This document shows positions 30,957-40,301 of a stretch of DNA of 64,000 nt, one piece after another (within the stretch, counting starts at the first letter, position 1; each line of letters begins with the position of its first letter). The notes beneath the pieces were generated by a model. It saw nothing but the letters and a program-made list of their open reading frames with translations. It was not told where the DNA came from and did not search any database. Source of the stretch: Novosphingobium sp. (GTDB lineage Bacteria > Pseudomonadota > Alphaproteobacteria > Sphingomonadales > Sphingomonadaceae); contig JANNYT010000162.1 of the NCBI GenBank assembly GCA_031410255.1, positions 8,167 to 72,166 on the forward strand, given 5' to 3'. A program made the position numbers and the translations under genes.

Positions 30957-31777
30957 ACCGCAACGACGACATGCTGGCGCGGATCGCGGCGGCGCTCGAG
31001 CGGCTGGCCCCTGCGGCCCCGGCTGAGACCGACTGGCTGAGCTCCCCGGCTTATGTCTGGCACGGCGAAGCGCTCGCCGTCGCGGCGATTGGCGCGCCGC
31101 CGCTCGAGCTGCTCAAAGGTATCGACGCCCAGAAAGAACTGGTCAGCACCAACGTGGCGCGGCTGGCGCGCGGTCATGCCGCGCATGACATGCTGCTGTG
31201 GGGCGCGCGCGGGATGGGCAAGTCAGCCTTGCTCCGCGCCGCCGTAATCGCCGCTCAGCTCAGCGCGCCGGGACAGATTGCCTTGGTGCAGGTCGCCCCC
31301 GAAGCACTGACCAGCTTGCCCGCGCTGTTCCCGGCGCTAAGCACTGTCCCTCGGCAGTTCCTGGTGTTTATCGACGATCTCGGGTTCGAAGAGGGCGACA
31401 GCACGGGCCCGCGCGCGCTCCGTTCCGCGCTTGAAGGCGGGGTCGAAGCGCGGCCCGGCAGCGTCCGGCTGGCGGTCACTGCCAACCGCCGCGCGATTGT
31501 GCCGCGCCACTTGTCCGAACAGGATGATCCGATCAATCCGCGCGACGCGATCGACGACCGGCTCGCACTGGCCGACCGGTTCGGGCTGTCAATCGGGTTC
31601 CATAATTGCAGCCAGGATGATTACCTGGAGATCGTCGCCGGATATTGCGCCGCACACGAACTGGGCTGGGAGCAAGCCGAGGCGCTGGGATGGGCCAAGC
31701 AGCGCGGAGCCCGCTCGGGCCGAGTGGCCTGGCAATTCGTCACCGAGCTGGCCGGACGCGCCGGGCAGCAGTTGTAA
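30953..31777 (+). CDS. DUF815 family AAA+ ATPase
   Basis: LLWGARGMGKS (Walker A), FIDDLGFE (Walker B), TANRR..PR, LADRFG, RGARSGRVAWQF. Confidence 0.88.
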   Translation: MNRNDDMLARIAAALERLAPAAPAETDWLSSPAYVWHGEALAVAAIGAPPLELLKGIDAQKELVSTNVARLARGHAAHDMLLWGARGMGKSALLRAAVIAAQLSAPGQIALVQVAPEALTSLPALFPALSTVPRQFLVFIDDLGFEEGDSTGPRALRSALEGGVEARPGSVRLAVTANRRAIVPRHLSEQDDPINPRDAIDDRLALADRFGLSIGFHNCSQDDYLEIVAGYCAAHELGWEQAEALGWAKQRGARSGRVAWQFVTELAGRAGQQL

Positions 31778-31780
31778 CAG

Positions 31781-33253
31781 CTATTGCTGCTTGACCACCG
31801 TGTCGTCTTTCAGCTTGGCCGAATAACGCGCGTAGGGATCATCGCTGATCGTGCGCTGCGGCGGCAGGCGCTGCGCCTTGAGCGCGGTGAGCGGCGCGGT
31901 CGGCGCGGTACCCGGGGCAATCACCCGCCAGATAACGCCGCCGGTGTCATCGCTGACCAGCAGCGCGCCATCTTTGGCAAAGCCGACCCACACCGGGCGG
32001 CCGTGGGTGCCGCCCTGGCCATTCAAAAAGCCCGTCAGCAGCGGCAGTGGCTTGCCTTGCGGGTTGCCGTTGGCATCGAACCGCACGAACACTACGTCAT
32101 AACCCGATAGCGGAGTGCGGTTCCATGATCCGTGCCGCGCGATCACCGCGCCATTGGCAAAGTCTGGCCCCAATCGCTCGCCACCGGTAATGAAGGCCAG
32201 CCCCAGCGGAGCGACATGCGCGCCCAACGCGTATTCAGGCTTGCGGACGTAATCGTCGAAGTAGTCAGGCGGGGCCGACACAACGCGGTCATCGTCGTGC
32301 GTCTTCCACCACACCCACGGCCAGCCGTAATGCGCGCCAACCGGAACGTTGGTCAGATAGTCAGGGACCAGATCCGGCCCGAGCTGATCGCGCTCGTTGA
32401 CCACCACCCACAGCTCACCGGTCGAAGGGTTCCAGGCGAGCCCGTTGGGATTACGCAGGCCGTTGGCGTACTGGCGCGGCGCGCTTTGCGAACCCAGTTC
32501 CTTTTCCCAGATCGCAGCGCGGCCCTTTTCAGCATCCATGCCCTTTTCGGCGATATTGGTGGACGATCCGACCGCGACGTAGAGGTGCTTGCCATCTGGG
32601 CTGATCAGCAGATTGCGCATCCAGTGATTGCCGCTGCCCGGCAAGTCCATCACCTTGTGCGGTTCACCGGTCAGCGCGGTTTCGCCAAGCTTATACGGGA
32701 AGGCGAGGACAGCGTTGTGGTTGGCGACGTAAAGCACGTCATCCCGCCAGGCGAGGCCCGAAGGCGAGGCTAGGCCATTGCCGGTCCGCAAGGCAAAGCG
32801 CTGTTCGGCCTTGCCGTCGCCATCACCATCACGCAGCAGCACCAGCGCATCAGGCGAGCCCTGATTGGCCCCGGCGCGCTTCATCAGCATCTTGCCGATC
32901 ATCGCGGTCACGCCCGAACCAAGGTTACCCGCAGGCGCATCAGCTTCGGCCACGATCACATCGCCATTGGGCAAGGTGTAGATCACGCGCGGATGATCGA
33001 GTCCTTCGGCAAAGCGCGTTACCGCCAGGCCTTTGGCAGGGGTAGGAGCTTCATTCGCGCCCCAGCCGATTGACTTGGCGATCGAAACCGACGGAATCTG
33101 CTCAGCCTTGGGCTCAACCAGCACCGGATCGCGGCCCGACAATTCATCGAGCGTGTGCTGCGCCGGGGTGCCGCGCCAGATCCAGAACAGGAACCCCCCG
33201 ACTACCAGCAGGAACACGGCGAGAGCGACAAGGAGCTTGCGTTTGGTCGACAT
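31781..33253 (-). CDS. PQQ-dependent sugar / L-sorbosone dehydrogenase family beta-propeller
   Basis: N-terminal TM anchor; FAEGLDHPR, NHWMRNL, GLRNPNG, VNERDQLGPDLVPDY, HGSWNR, GRPV..DGALLVSDD. Start reset to MSTKRK. Confidence 0.9.
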   Translation of the reverse strand: MSTKRKLLVALAVFLLVVGGFLFWIWRGTPAQHTLDELSGRDPVLVEPKAEQIPSVSIAKSIGWGANEAPTPAKGLAVTRFAEGLDHPRVIYTLPNGDVIVAEADAPAGNLGSGVTAMIGKMLMKRAGANQGSPDALVLLRDGDGDGKAEQRFALRTGNGLASPSGLAWRDDVLYVANHNAVLAFPYKLGETALTGEPHKVMDLPGSGNHWMRNLLISPDGKHLYVAVGSSTNIAEKGMDAEKGRAAIWEKELGSQSAPRQYANGLRNPNGLAWNPSTGELWVVVNERDQLGPDLVPDYLTNVPVGAHYGWPWVWWKTHDDDRVVSAPPDYFDDYVRKPEYALGAHVAPLGLAFITGGERLGPDFANGAVIARHGSWNRTPLSGYDVVFVRFDANGNPQGKPLPLLTGFLNGQGGTHGRPVWVGFAKDGALLVSDDTGGVIWRVIAPGTAPTAPLTALKAQRLPPQRTISDDPYARYSAKLKDDTVVKQQ

Positions 33254-33315
33254 GATGCAAGAGATAGGCGAAGGCTGCGGCGGCGGCAACCATTCGCGAG
33301 GCTTTGGGTAAGACA

Positions 33316-33798
33316 ATGTATCAATTCGCCCCCGATCCGCAGGAATCCAAGTCCGAACTGTACCGCGAACTGGGGCTGGCGGCGGCCGCACTGGTCGATG
33401 GTGAGCCCGATCCGGTTGCCAACATGGCCAATCTGGCCGCGCTGATCTGGCAATATGTGCCGCAATTGAATTGGGCCGGGTTCTACCGCGTGGTCGATGG
33501 CGCGCTGGTGCTGGGTCCATTCCAGGGCAAGCCGGCCTGCCTGCGGATTGCCTTTGGCCAGGGCGTCTGCGGCACCGCTGCGGCCAGCGGCGAGACGCAA
33601 TTGGTGCCAGATGTCCATGCCTTTCCAGGGCACATCGCCTGCGACGGCGATAGCCGCTCCGAACTGGTGGTACCGATCAAGCGCGGCGGCGCAGTAGTCG
33701 CGGTGATCGATCTGGACAGCCCAGACCTCGCCCGCTTTGACGCAGACGATGCGCGCGGGATCGAGGCGCTGGCCTCGGCGATCGCGGCGGCGGTCTAG
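33316..33798 (+). CDS. msrC: GAF-domain free methionine-(R)-sulfoxide reductase
   Basis: NWAGFY, LGPFQGKPAC, GQGVCG, HIACDGDSRSELVVP, VIDLDSP; three catalytic Cys present. Confidence 0.88.
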   Translation: MYQFAPDPQESKSELYRELGLAAAALVDGEPDPVANMANLAALIWQYVPQLNWAGFYRVVDGALVLGPFQGKPACLRIAFGQGVCGTAAASGETQLVPDVHAFPGHIACDGDSRSELVVPIKRGGAVVAVIDLDSPDLARFDADDARGIEALASAIAAAV

Positions 33799-33897
33799 GC
33801 GCGGGACTGCGCTTCAAAACGGTACGCGTGGATGCTTGGCGGTTGACGCGGCGCGTCAGGAGGTAGCCAATGCAGCGCTGATCTGAAGGAGCCCGCC

Positions 33898-34329
33898 ATG
33901 TTGATACGCCGCCTCTCCCCATTGGTGCTGCTGGGCGCCGCGCTGCTTGGCGCTGCGCCGCTGGCCGCGCAGAGCCTGCCGCCGCAGCCCCCTGAAGAGA
34001 CCGAGCAGGTCTCCGCCTTCGATCAGGCCCGCGCCAACTGGCTGACCGAATGCACCTGGAACCAGTCAAGCGGCCGCCGCAGCCGGGCCGAGGCGCGCGA
34101 ATATTGCGAGGCCTATCTCGCCAATCGCACCGGCTACAGCGCGCCATTTTCGCAGGACGCCGGGCCGGACAGGTCGGATGTCCAGGCCGGGGGCGGAGGC
34201 ACGTATTATTCCCCCTCAGCCCCGCCTCACCAGGTCCATAGGACCAGGGCCCGCCGCTTGAGCAGCCCGGGGCTGGAGCGCCAGCAAGCCGCCTGGCGCG
34301 AACGCTGCGAGGCGATCCTGCGCCAGTAG
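33898..34329 (+). CDS. Hypothetical exported protein with WLxEC / CEAYL motifs
   Basis: GAAGGAG SD, signal peptide ending LAA-Q, motif similarity to the next gene. Confidence 0.6.
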   Translation: MLIRRLSPLVLLGAALLGAAPLAAQSLPPQPPEETEQVSAFDQARANWLTECTWNQSSGRRSRAEAREYCEAYLANRTGYSAPFSQDAGPDRSDVQAGGGGTYYSPSAPPHQVHRTRARRLSSPGLERQQAAWRERCEAILRQ

Positions 34330-34423
34330 CGACCGGGTGAAAGCCGCAGCGCGGCATGCACCAGATCGGGACAGCTACAACTCAGCATGCTTACCAAGCT
34401 TGGAATTACGCGGCTGACGATGC

Positions 34424-34439
34424 TAAATTCCAGGTTAAC
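34424..34439 (+). promoter_or_regulatory. CtrA-like box upstream of the glycine-zipper gene
   Basis: TAAA-TTCCAGG-TTAAC, one mismatch to consensus. Confidence 0.4.
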
Positions 34440-34472
34440 ACCGGATTCGCCCGGTCATTTCAGGGGATTGCC

Positions 34473-35204
34473 ATGAAGTCTCGCCGTGTTTGCCTGCCGC
34501 TGCTGAGCGTGCTCTCATTGGCTTTCGCCGCGCCCGCTCTGGCGCAGTCGATGCCACCGCCCCCACCTATGCCCATGCCGATGCCCGCCGCCGTCGATGC
34601 CGAAGGCCGCACTTACGGCGATGCCGCGCCTGACATGCGCCCTCAATGGCACGGCGAGCCGCAGCGTCAGCCCGGCTACGATCAGGCTGGCTATCAGCAA
34701 GACCGCGCTGGCTGGCTGGCTGAATGCCGCCGCCATCACGGCAATCGCAACACCGTGGGCGGCGCCGTGGTTGGCGCGGTTGTCGGCGGCGTGATCGGCA
34801 ACCGGGTGGCTGGCAGCGGCAACCGCACGGTCGGCACGGTGGTTGGCGCCGCAGCGGGCGGAATCGCGGGCGGAGCAATCGGCAGTGCCGCCGATCGCCG
34901 CAACGCGCGTGACTATTGCGAGGCCTACCTCGACCAATACACCTCCCAGCCGGGTTACGGGCAGCAAGGTTTTGGCCAGCAAGGAGTCAGCTATGGCTAT
35001 GCGCCGATGATGGTGATGGTGCCGGTGATGATGGTGCCGGTCGCCACTGCTCAGCAGCGCGAGTGCAAGGAAACGATCGTCACCGAGGAATGGGTCACCG
35101 TCACCGAAAAGCGCCGCGTGCGGTATATCCCGCCGCGTCATTATCGCGCGGTGCCTGACAAGCGGGTGCGGATCGTGCCGGACAAGCGCGTCCGGGTGAA
35201 CTGA
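34473..35204 (+). CDS. Exported glycine-zipper 2TM protein
   Basis: Signal peptide, Pro/Met-rich linker, GGAVVGAVVGGVIGNRV..GTVVGAAAGGIAGGAIG, basic C-terminal repeat PDKRVR. Confidence 0.85.
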   Translation: MKSRRVCLPLLSVLSLAFAAPALAQSMPPPPPMPMPMPAAVDAEGRTYGDAAPDMRPQWHGEPQRQPGYDQAGYQQDRAGWLAECRRHHGNRNTVGGAVVGAVVGGVIGNRVAGSGNRTVGTVVGAAAGGIAGGAIGSAADRRNARDYCEAYLDQYTSQPGYGQQGFGQQGVSYGYAPMMVMVPVMMVPVATAQQRECKETIVTEEWVTVTEKRRVRYIPPRHYRAVPDKRVRIVPDKRVRVN

Positions 35205-35227
35205 GCCAACCGGCTTGAGTGCATATC

Positions 35228-35254
35228 AAAAGGGGGCCAACCGGCCCCCTTTTT
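35228..35254. terminator. Bidirectional Rho-independent terminator
   Basis: AAAAGGGGGCC-AACC-GGCCCCCTTTTT between convergent genes. Confidence 0.88.
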
Positions 35255-35272
35255 CATGGATCCCGCGCCGCC

Positions 35273-36427
35273 TTACAGCTTGCGCCCGATCAGCTCTTTC
35301 ATGATTTCATTGGTCCCGCCAAAGATCCGCGTCACGCGGGCGCTGCGCCAGGCGCGGGCAATCGGGTATTCGTTCATATAACCCGCGCCGCCATGCAGTT
35401 GCAGGCACTTGTCCATCACTTCCCACTGCAAGTCAGTGTGCCACAGTTTGGCCGCTGCGCCTTCCTCAGGGGTCAGCTCGCGCTTCAAGTGCCGGGCCAG
35501 CGCCCAATCAAGGTGCGCCCAGCCGACCTGCAGCTTGGCCTTCAGGTCAGCCAGCACGAACCGCGAGTTCTGGAAATCGAGAATCGGTTTGCCGAAGGCC
35601 TTGCGCTCGCGGGTATACTCCACAGTATCGTCGAAAGCGCGCTGCGACGAGGCCTGCGCCGACACCGCGATAGAGAGGCGCTCCTGCGGCAGCTCGCTCA
35701 TCAAATAAATGAACCCTTTGCCTTCTTCGCCCAGGCAATTGGTGATCGGCACGCGGACGTCTTCAAAGAACAGTTCGGACGTGTCGGCCTCATCCTGCCC
35801 GATTTTGTCAAGGTTGCGGCCGCGCTTGAAGCCATCGCGGTCTCCCTCGACCAGCACGATCGAGAGGCCCTTCCAGGCCGGCTGCACTTCGGTATCGGTC
35901 TTGACGCAAACCAGGATCAGATCGGCGTTCTGGCCGTTGGTGATGTAGGTTTTGCTGCCGTTGATGACATAGTGATTGCCATCCTTTTTGGCGGTGGTGC
36001 GCATCGCTTGCAAATCGCTGCCGGTGCCCGGCTCGGTCATCGCGATCGCAGTGATCACCTCACCCGCAATCATCTTGGGCAGCCACTTGGCCTTTTGCTC
36101 GGCCGAGCCATATTTGACGATGTAACTGGTGACGATGTCCGATTGCAGCGAAAAGCCGGTGGTGACGCGGCCGTAATAGGCGCTCTCTTCATCGACGATC
36201 GCGTTATAACCAAAGTCGAGCCCCAGCCCGCCGAATTCCTCCGGCACGGTCGGGCACAGCATGCCTAGCGCCCCGGCCTTGGGCCACAGCGCCTTGGGGA
36301 CGATGCCATCGTCGGCCCATTTGGCCTGATTCGGCGCAACTTCGGCTTCGAGGAACTTGCGCACGGTCTGGCGAAACGCCTCGTGATCTTCGGTGTAGGC
36401 AGTGCGGGCGAGCAAATCGAGCGACAT
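35273..36427 (-). CDS. Acyl-CoA dehydrogenase (LCAD-like)
   Basis: AIAMTEPGTGSD, NGSKTYITNG, DTSELFFEDV, LPQERL, CLQLHGGAGYM, RIFGGTNEIMK. Confidence 0.94.
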   Translation of the reverse strand: MSLDLLARTAYTEDHEAFRQTVRKFLEAEVAPNQAKWADDGIVPKALWPKAGALGMLCPTVPEEFGGLGLDFGYNAIVDEESAYYGRVTTGFSLQSDIVTSYIVKYGSAEQKAKWLPKMIAGEVITAIAMTEPGTGSDLQAMRTTAKKDGNHYVINGSKTYITNGQNADLILVCVKTDTEVQPAWKGLSIVLVEGDRDGFKRGRNLDKIGQDEADTSELFFEDVRVPITNCLGEEGKGFIYLMSELPQERLSIAVSAQASSQRAFDDTVEYTRERKAFGKPILDFQNSRFVLADLKAKLQVGWAHLDWALARHLKRELTPEEGAAAKLWHTDLQWEVMDKCLQLHGGAGYMNEYPIARAWRSARVTRIFGGTNEIMKELIGRKL

Positions 36428-36536
36428 GGTGCATCCTCTCAGCAAATCAGCTGCTGAACGGCCTAATCCCCGTGCGGCGCAGCGGTCAACCGGAATTTAA
36501 CCGCGCGATTAAGAGGCCGCTGCAATAACGGTGCAG

Positions 36537-39233
36537 TCACGGCCCTTGCGCCATTGGCGGTGCGGTGGGCAGCGCCTCCAGCCGGATCCGGCCGAGCCGC
36601 TGCGAGGAATGGGCGCCATCGATCCGCAGCGGCTGACCCAGCGCGCGCTGGACCCCGATCGCCGTCGCGCTTGGTGCCCCGACCTGCAGCCGGTAATCGC
36701 CATAAGGCACTGTATCAAATAGCAAATAGCCATCGAAATCGCTGACGGTCTGATACAATACGTGCCCCGCTGGATCGAGCAGCTCGATCGTCACTCCGCT
36801 CTGCGGCTGTCCATCCGGACCCAGCAAGGTCGCCTCAACCTCGCCGGTCGGGGATAGCGGCAACAGCACTTTTGCAGCAATCCCCGGCCGCGGCACCACG
36901 ACGATACCCTGGCCCTTTGGCCGCAGCAGCGGATCGGCAAGACTGCCGGCGTCAATCGAGACCAGCACCGGGACATAAGGCGCCAGCCCGTCGATCATAG
37001 TCAGCCCGGCGGCGTTGGTCGGCTTGTCGCTGTGGTGGAACCCAGCTTCGACGGTCACGCCGTCGACGCCCGGCTCGTCCGCCTGGTGCAGCCCGTCGCC
37101 ATTGTCATCGCGGAACACTTCGACCGTGGCCTGCCCTTGCGCCGCCAGCCGGTCACGCGAGAGACGCCAGCCGCCGTCGACGGGATCGGGCCCAAGGCTG
37201 AACGCCAAGGTCAGTCCAAAGGCCAGATTGCCGTGATTATCGACCGAACCTTCGCCGCGCAGCGCAAACCGGGGGAATTGCCGGACATAGCCGAGCGAGA
37301 GCGACTGCCGGTCGGACGGCGCGTCGATATCGTAAGATGCGCGCAGGTTTGAAGTGCGGCCCAGCGGGGCCTCGAGCACCAGTTGCGCCTGCTGGAAGCC
37401 GGGCCGATTGCCATCCAGCCCAAAATGCACCTGCCCGCGCAATTTGACCCGGCCCAGATTGGTGTTGCCGAGCAAGCCGAGCGCATTGCCCTGCACTTCG
37501 ATCGCGGTCAGCGCCGGATCGCCCGACGCGGTGCGGTGGAGCAGCTCGACCGTCAGTGCAGCGCGGCTGACCCGCAGCGAACCGTGGAGCAAGGCTTCGG
37601 TCACGCGCACGCCGCGCCGGCTGAGCGTCTGGCGGTAGCCCGCTTCGACCGGCAGATGCCACCCGCCAAGGTGCACAGTACCGCCCAACCGGAGATTGAC
37701 CTCGCTGCGCTGCTGCGCGCCGACCAGCTCGCTGTCGAAATCGCCCAGCACCCAGGTCACTTCGCCCGAAAAGCGGACCCCGCCCAATTTCCCGATCGTT
37801 TCGCCGCGCAGCGCCGCTCCCGCGCCAAACTGCTGCGCGGCCGAAACTTGCACCAAAGCTGGTCCGACCGAACGCCGCACCACGCCTTCAAGATAGTGAC
37901 GCCGCCGCCCGGTGAACACGCTGCTGTTATACGACAGTCCGATCGTGGTCCGGCGATCGATCCCGCGCTCAACCCCGCCGCCCCAGCGCCAGCCGCTGCC
38001 CGGATCTGGCAGCGAACCCGTCTGGCGCGATTGACCAATCAAATCATGATCTTGCTCGACCGCTCCGACCCAGTACCAGGTCTTCCCGGCCGGCAGATTT
38101 TCGATCCCGACCGGCATGGTCGAGCGTTCGTGGCGGACCTGGCCTTGCGGGCCGTGAAGCACGACATCGAATTCATTATCGCCGAAATCGAGCTCGACAT
38201 CGGCAAATTCGTAACGGCCATCGCCGCGGTCCGATTGATAAGCGCGCAATTCGCCATTGCGGTACAGCTCGACATCCCAGCCTGCGGGCAAAATCCCGCG
38301 AATCGTGGTCAATCCGAACCGCGACGGCAGGTTCAGCGGGCGATTGGTTACAAAGGCCCCGCGCCCATAGGAGCTTTGCGCTGACAGCGCGCTGGAGGGC
38401 GTATCGACATCACCGAACGCGAAACTGGTCGCCTTGAGCGGGCCGAGCAAGCCAGCATCCGGATCGTTGCGATAAAGCCGCAGCCGCAGCGCATCGGGCA
38501 GCGGGCTGTTGCTGCCGGATATCCGGGCGTCATAGCTCAACCCGGCGACTTCACCGCTCGCCAGCGCCTCATACTGGATTTGCCCGCCGCTGCGCTGGTT
38601 CCACTGCGCCTGGACCTGCACATCGACCGATGGAGTGCGCCAGGTCCGATACGGTGCATCGGCATGCGGCATTGCGGCAAGGTCAAATTGGGTATTTTGC
38701 GGCTTGCGAAGTCGCGCGGCGCGACTTTTACGCTCGATCGCTTCAAGAAACGGCAGTTTCTGGTCCGAATCGAGCCGCACCACCAGATTACTGAGATCGG
38801 GCTTGAGCCGCACCCCCAGCCAGCCCGACAAGGCATCGAGGTTCATGCACCAGCCTTCGGACGTGTCGCGGATCGCCCCGTCGGCGATTTCACGCTTTCC
38901 GTTCACGTTTTGTACTGTATTAGAATCGCGGTCGATAGTAAGTTTCTGATCTTCCGCGAACAACCAGCCAGTTGCGCGGCGCGACTTCTTGTCGAGCCGC
39001 ACCGGCAGGTCGAGCGCCTGGATCAAATCGCCGAAATCGACGCAGACCCCCTCGGGCGTCTGATAGCCGCGCAGTGGTTCGCCAATCTTGTATTGGCCCG
39101 ATTGCAATTCGAGCAGCAGCGCATCGTCCTCGCTGGGCGACCAGCTGTCCGCCTGGCTCGGTGCGGCCCACACAGCAAAGGCCGCCGCGATTAACGCAGC
39201 GGCTGTTCTGATCCGGGTCGCTTTGCGCGCCAT
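36537..39233 (-). CDS. Outer-membrane usher-like protein (non-classical chaperone-usher type)
   Basis: Signal peptide; N-terminal periplasmic domain; amphipathic beta-strands; plug-like segment IRGILPAGWDVELYRNGEL..GRYEFADVELDFGDNEFDVVLHGPQGQ; two C-terminal beta-sandwich domains (VFRDDNGDG..., GEVEATL..GDYRLQV). Confidence 0.78.
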   Translation of the reverse strand: MARKATRIRTAAALIAAAFAVWAAPSQADSWSPSEDDALLLELQSGQYKIGEPLRGYQTPEGVCVDFGDLIQALDLPVRLDKKSRRATGWLFAEDQKLTIDRDSNTVQNVNGKREIADGAIRDTSEGWCMNLDALSGWLGVRLKPDLSNLVVRLDSDQKLPFLEAIERKSRAARLRKPQNTQFDLAAMPHADAPYRTWRTPSVDVQVQAQWNQRSGGQIQYEALASGEVAGLSYDARISGSNSPLPDALRLRLYRNDPDAGLLGPLKATSFAFGDVDTPSSALSAQSSYGRGAFVTNRPLNLPSRFGLTTIRGILPAGWDVELYRNGELRAYQSDRGDGRYEFADVELDFGDNEFDVVLHGPQGQVRHERSTMPVGIENLPAGKTWYWVGAVEQDHDLIGQSRQTGSLPDPGSGWRWGGGVERGIDRRTTIGLSYNSSVFTGRRRHYLEGVVRRSVGPALVQVSAAQQFGAGAALRGETIGKLGGVRFSGEVTWVLGDFDSELVGAQQRSEVNLRLGGTVHLGGWHLPVEAGYRQTLSRRGVRVTEALLHGSLRVSRAALTVELLHRTASGDPALTAIEVQGNALGLLGNTNLGRVKLRGQVHFGLDGNRPGFQQAQLVLEAPLGRTSNLRASYDIDAPSDRQSLSLGYVRQFPRFALRGEGSVDNHGNLAFGLTLAFSLGPDPVDGGWRLSRDRLAAQGQATVEVFRDDNGDGLHQADEPGVDGVTVEAGFHHSDKPTNAAGLTMIDGLAPYVPVLVSIDAGSLADPLLRPKGQGIVVVPRPGIAAKVLLPLSPTGEVEATLLGPDGQPQSGVTIELLDPAGHVLYQTVSDFDGYLLFDTVPYGDYRLQVGAPSATAIGVQRALGQPLRIDGAHSSQRLGRIRLEALPTAPPMAQGP

Positions 39234-39273
39234 GACGTCAGTTTGTTTCCTAAGTCTCTGAATTAAAGCATTA

Positions 39274-40104
39274 TCATGGAAAGACCGCGGAGACTTCGGC
39301 GATCAGTGCGCCGCCGTTTTCGGGCAACTCGCGATACTCGATCTTGACCGGTCCTTTGACCTTCGCGAGCTGCTCAGGGCTCAGCGGGATCTGCGCCTTG
39401 CGGTGCGTAATTTCGGGATAGACCGCGATCCCGCGCAACTCGAACAGCACCTCGCCGCGCGCGCTCTTGCCGATCAGCGTGCCATAGACCGAGCGCTGAC
39501 CGGCGCGGGTCAGGTCGAGTTCGATAAAGGCCCCATTCGCGGCCTTGATCAGGTGCGGGCCAGACAGCGTCGCGCTGCCATCGAGTTTGCCGCGGCGGAC
39601 AAAGACCGGAATGGTAATGCCATAGACCGGGATCAGTTTGATCGAGACGCCGGCGGCCGGCTCGGCATTTGCTGCCTCAGGCTTCAGCGCGGCCGGAACG
39701 GCGCGAAAGTTCAGATGCACCCGGTATTCACCGTCCGGCAGTCCAGCGGGTGGACGGATCGAGATCCGCACTGCCTGGGGTTGCCCCGGCAGCAGCGTGA
39801 CCCGGCGCGGGGCGAAGGTGATCATCGCCAGCGCCGCCTGTTCGGCTGGGTTAGCGTTTTCCTCGGTAACTTCGGTGAAATCGCCGTCCTCACCCATCCG
39901 GCGCAATTCGGCCGAGATGCGATAGGTTGCGGGTTCGGTGCCGATATTGCTCAGCACCACTTCGGCGCCGCCGCCATTGTTGATGATGATCCGCGTCGGT
40001 GCGACCAGCAGATCCCCTTGCGCCACTGCTGGGGTACCCAGCGCCGCGAGCGTCAAGACCGCCGCGCCCATGGACCCACGTAATAGCTTGGAAACCAGCA
40101 ACAT
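39274..40104 (-). CDS. Periplasmic pilus-assembly chaperone (PapD-like, Cys-less)
   Basis: Signal peptide, LLVAPTRIII, FAPRRVTLLPGQPQAVRI, LPDGEYRVHLNFRAVP, YGITIPVFVRRG, second Ig-like domain. Confidence 0.85.
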   Translation of the reverse strand: MLLVSKLLRGSMGAAVLTLAALGTPAVAQGDLLVAPTRIIINNGGGAEVVLSNIGTEPATYRISAELRRMGEDGDFTEVTEENANPAEQAALAMITFAPRRVTLLPGQPQAVRISIRPPAGLPDGEYRVHLNFRAVPAALKPEAANAEPAAGVSIKLIPVYGITIPVFVRRGKLDGSATLSGPHLIKAANGAFIELDLTRAGQRSVYGTLIGKSARGEVLFELRGIAVYPEITHRKAQIPLSPEQLAKVKGPVKIEYRELPENGGALIAEVSAVFP

Positions 40105-40178
40105 TTGCTTCCCCTGAACGGTTACCGCAACGCCACCAATGCGCTACGGGAATTCACCTGCTGGGATAAGGAAACAAG

Positions 40179-40195
40179 GTTAATTTCTGGCTAAC
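40179..40195. promoter_or_regulatory. CtrA-like box upstream of the chaperone gene
   Basis: GTTAA-TTTCTGG-CTAAC (minus strand TTAG-N7-TTAAC). Confidence 0.55.
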
Positions 40196-40233
40196 CAAGC
40201 CCGCCTTTGGCGGTGTTTGGGGGATGAGAACGC

Positions 40234-40268
40234 AAAAAGACCGCACCCGCAGTGACGCGGATGCGGCC
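40234..40268 (-). terminator. Rho-independent terminator after the DUF4402 gene
   Basis: Minus strand GGCCGCATCCGC-GTCACT-GCGGGTGCGGTC-TTTTT. Confidence 0.8.
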
Positions 40269-40301
40269 CTCAATTTCAGCCCGGTTCGGGGCTAAAACTG
40301 C

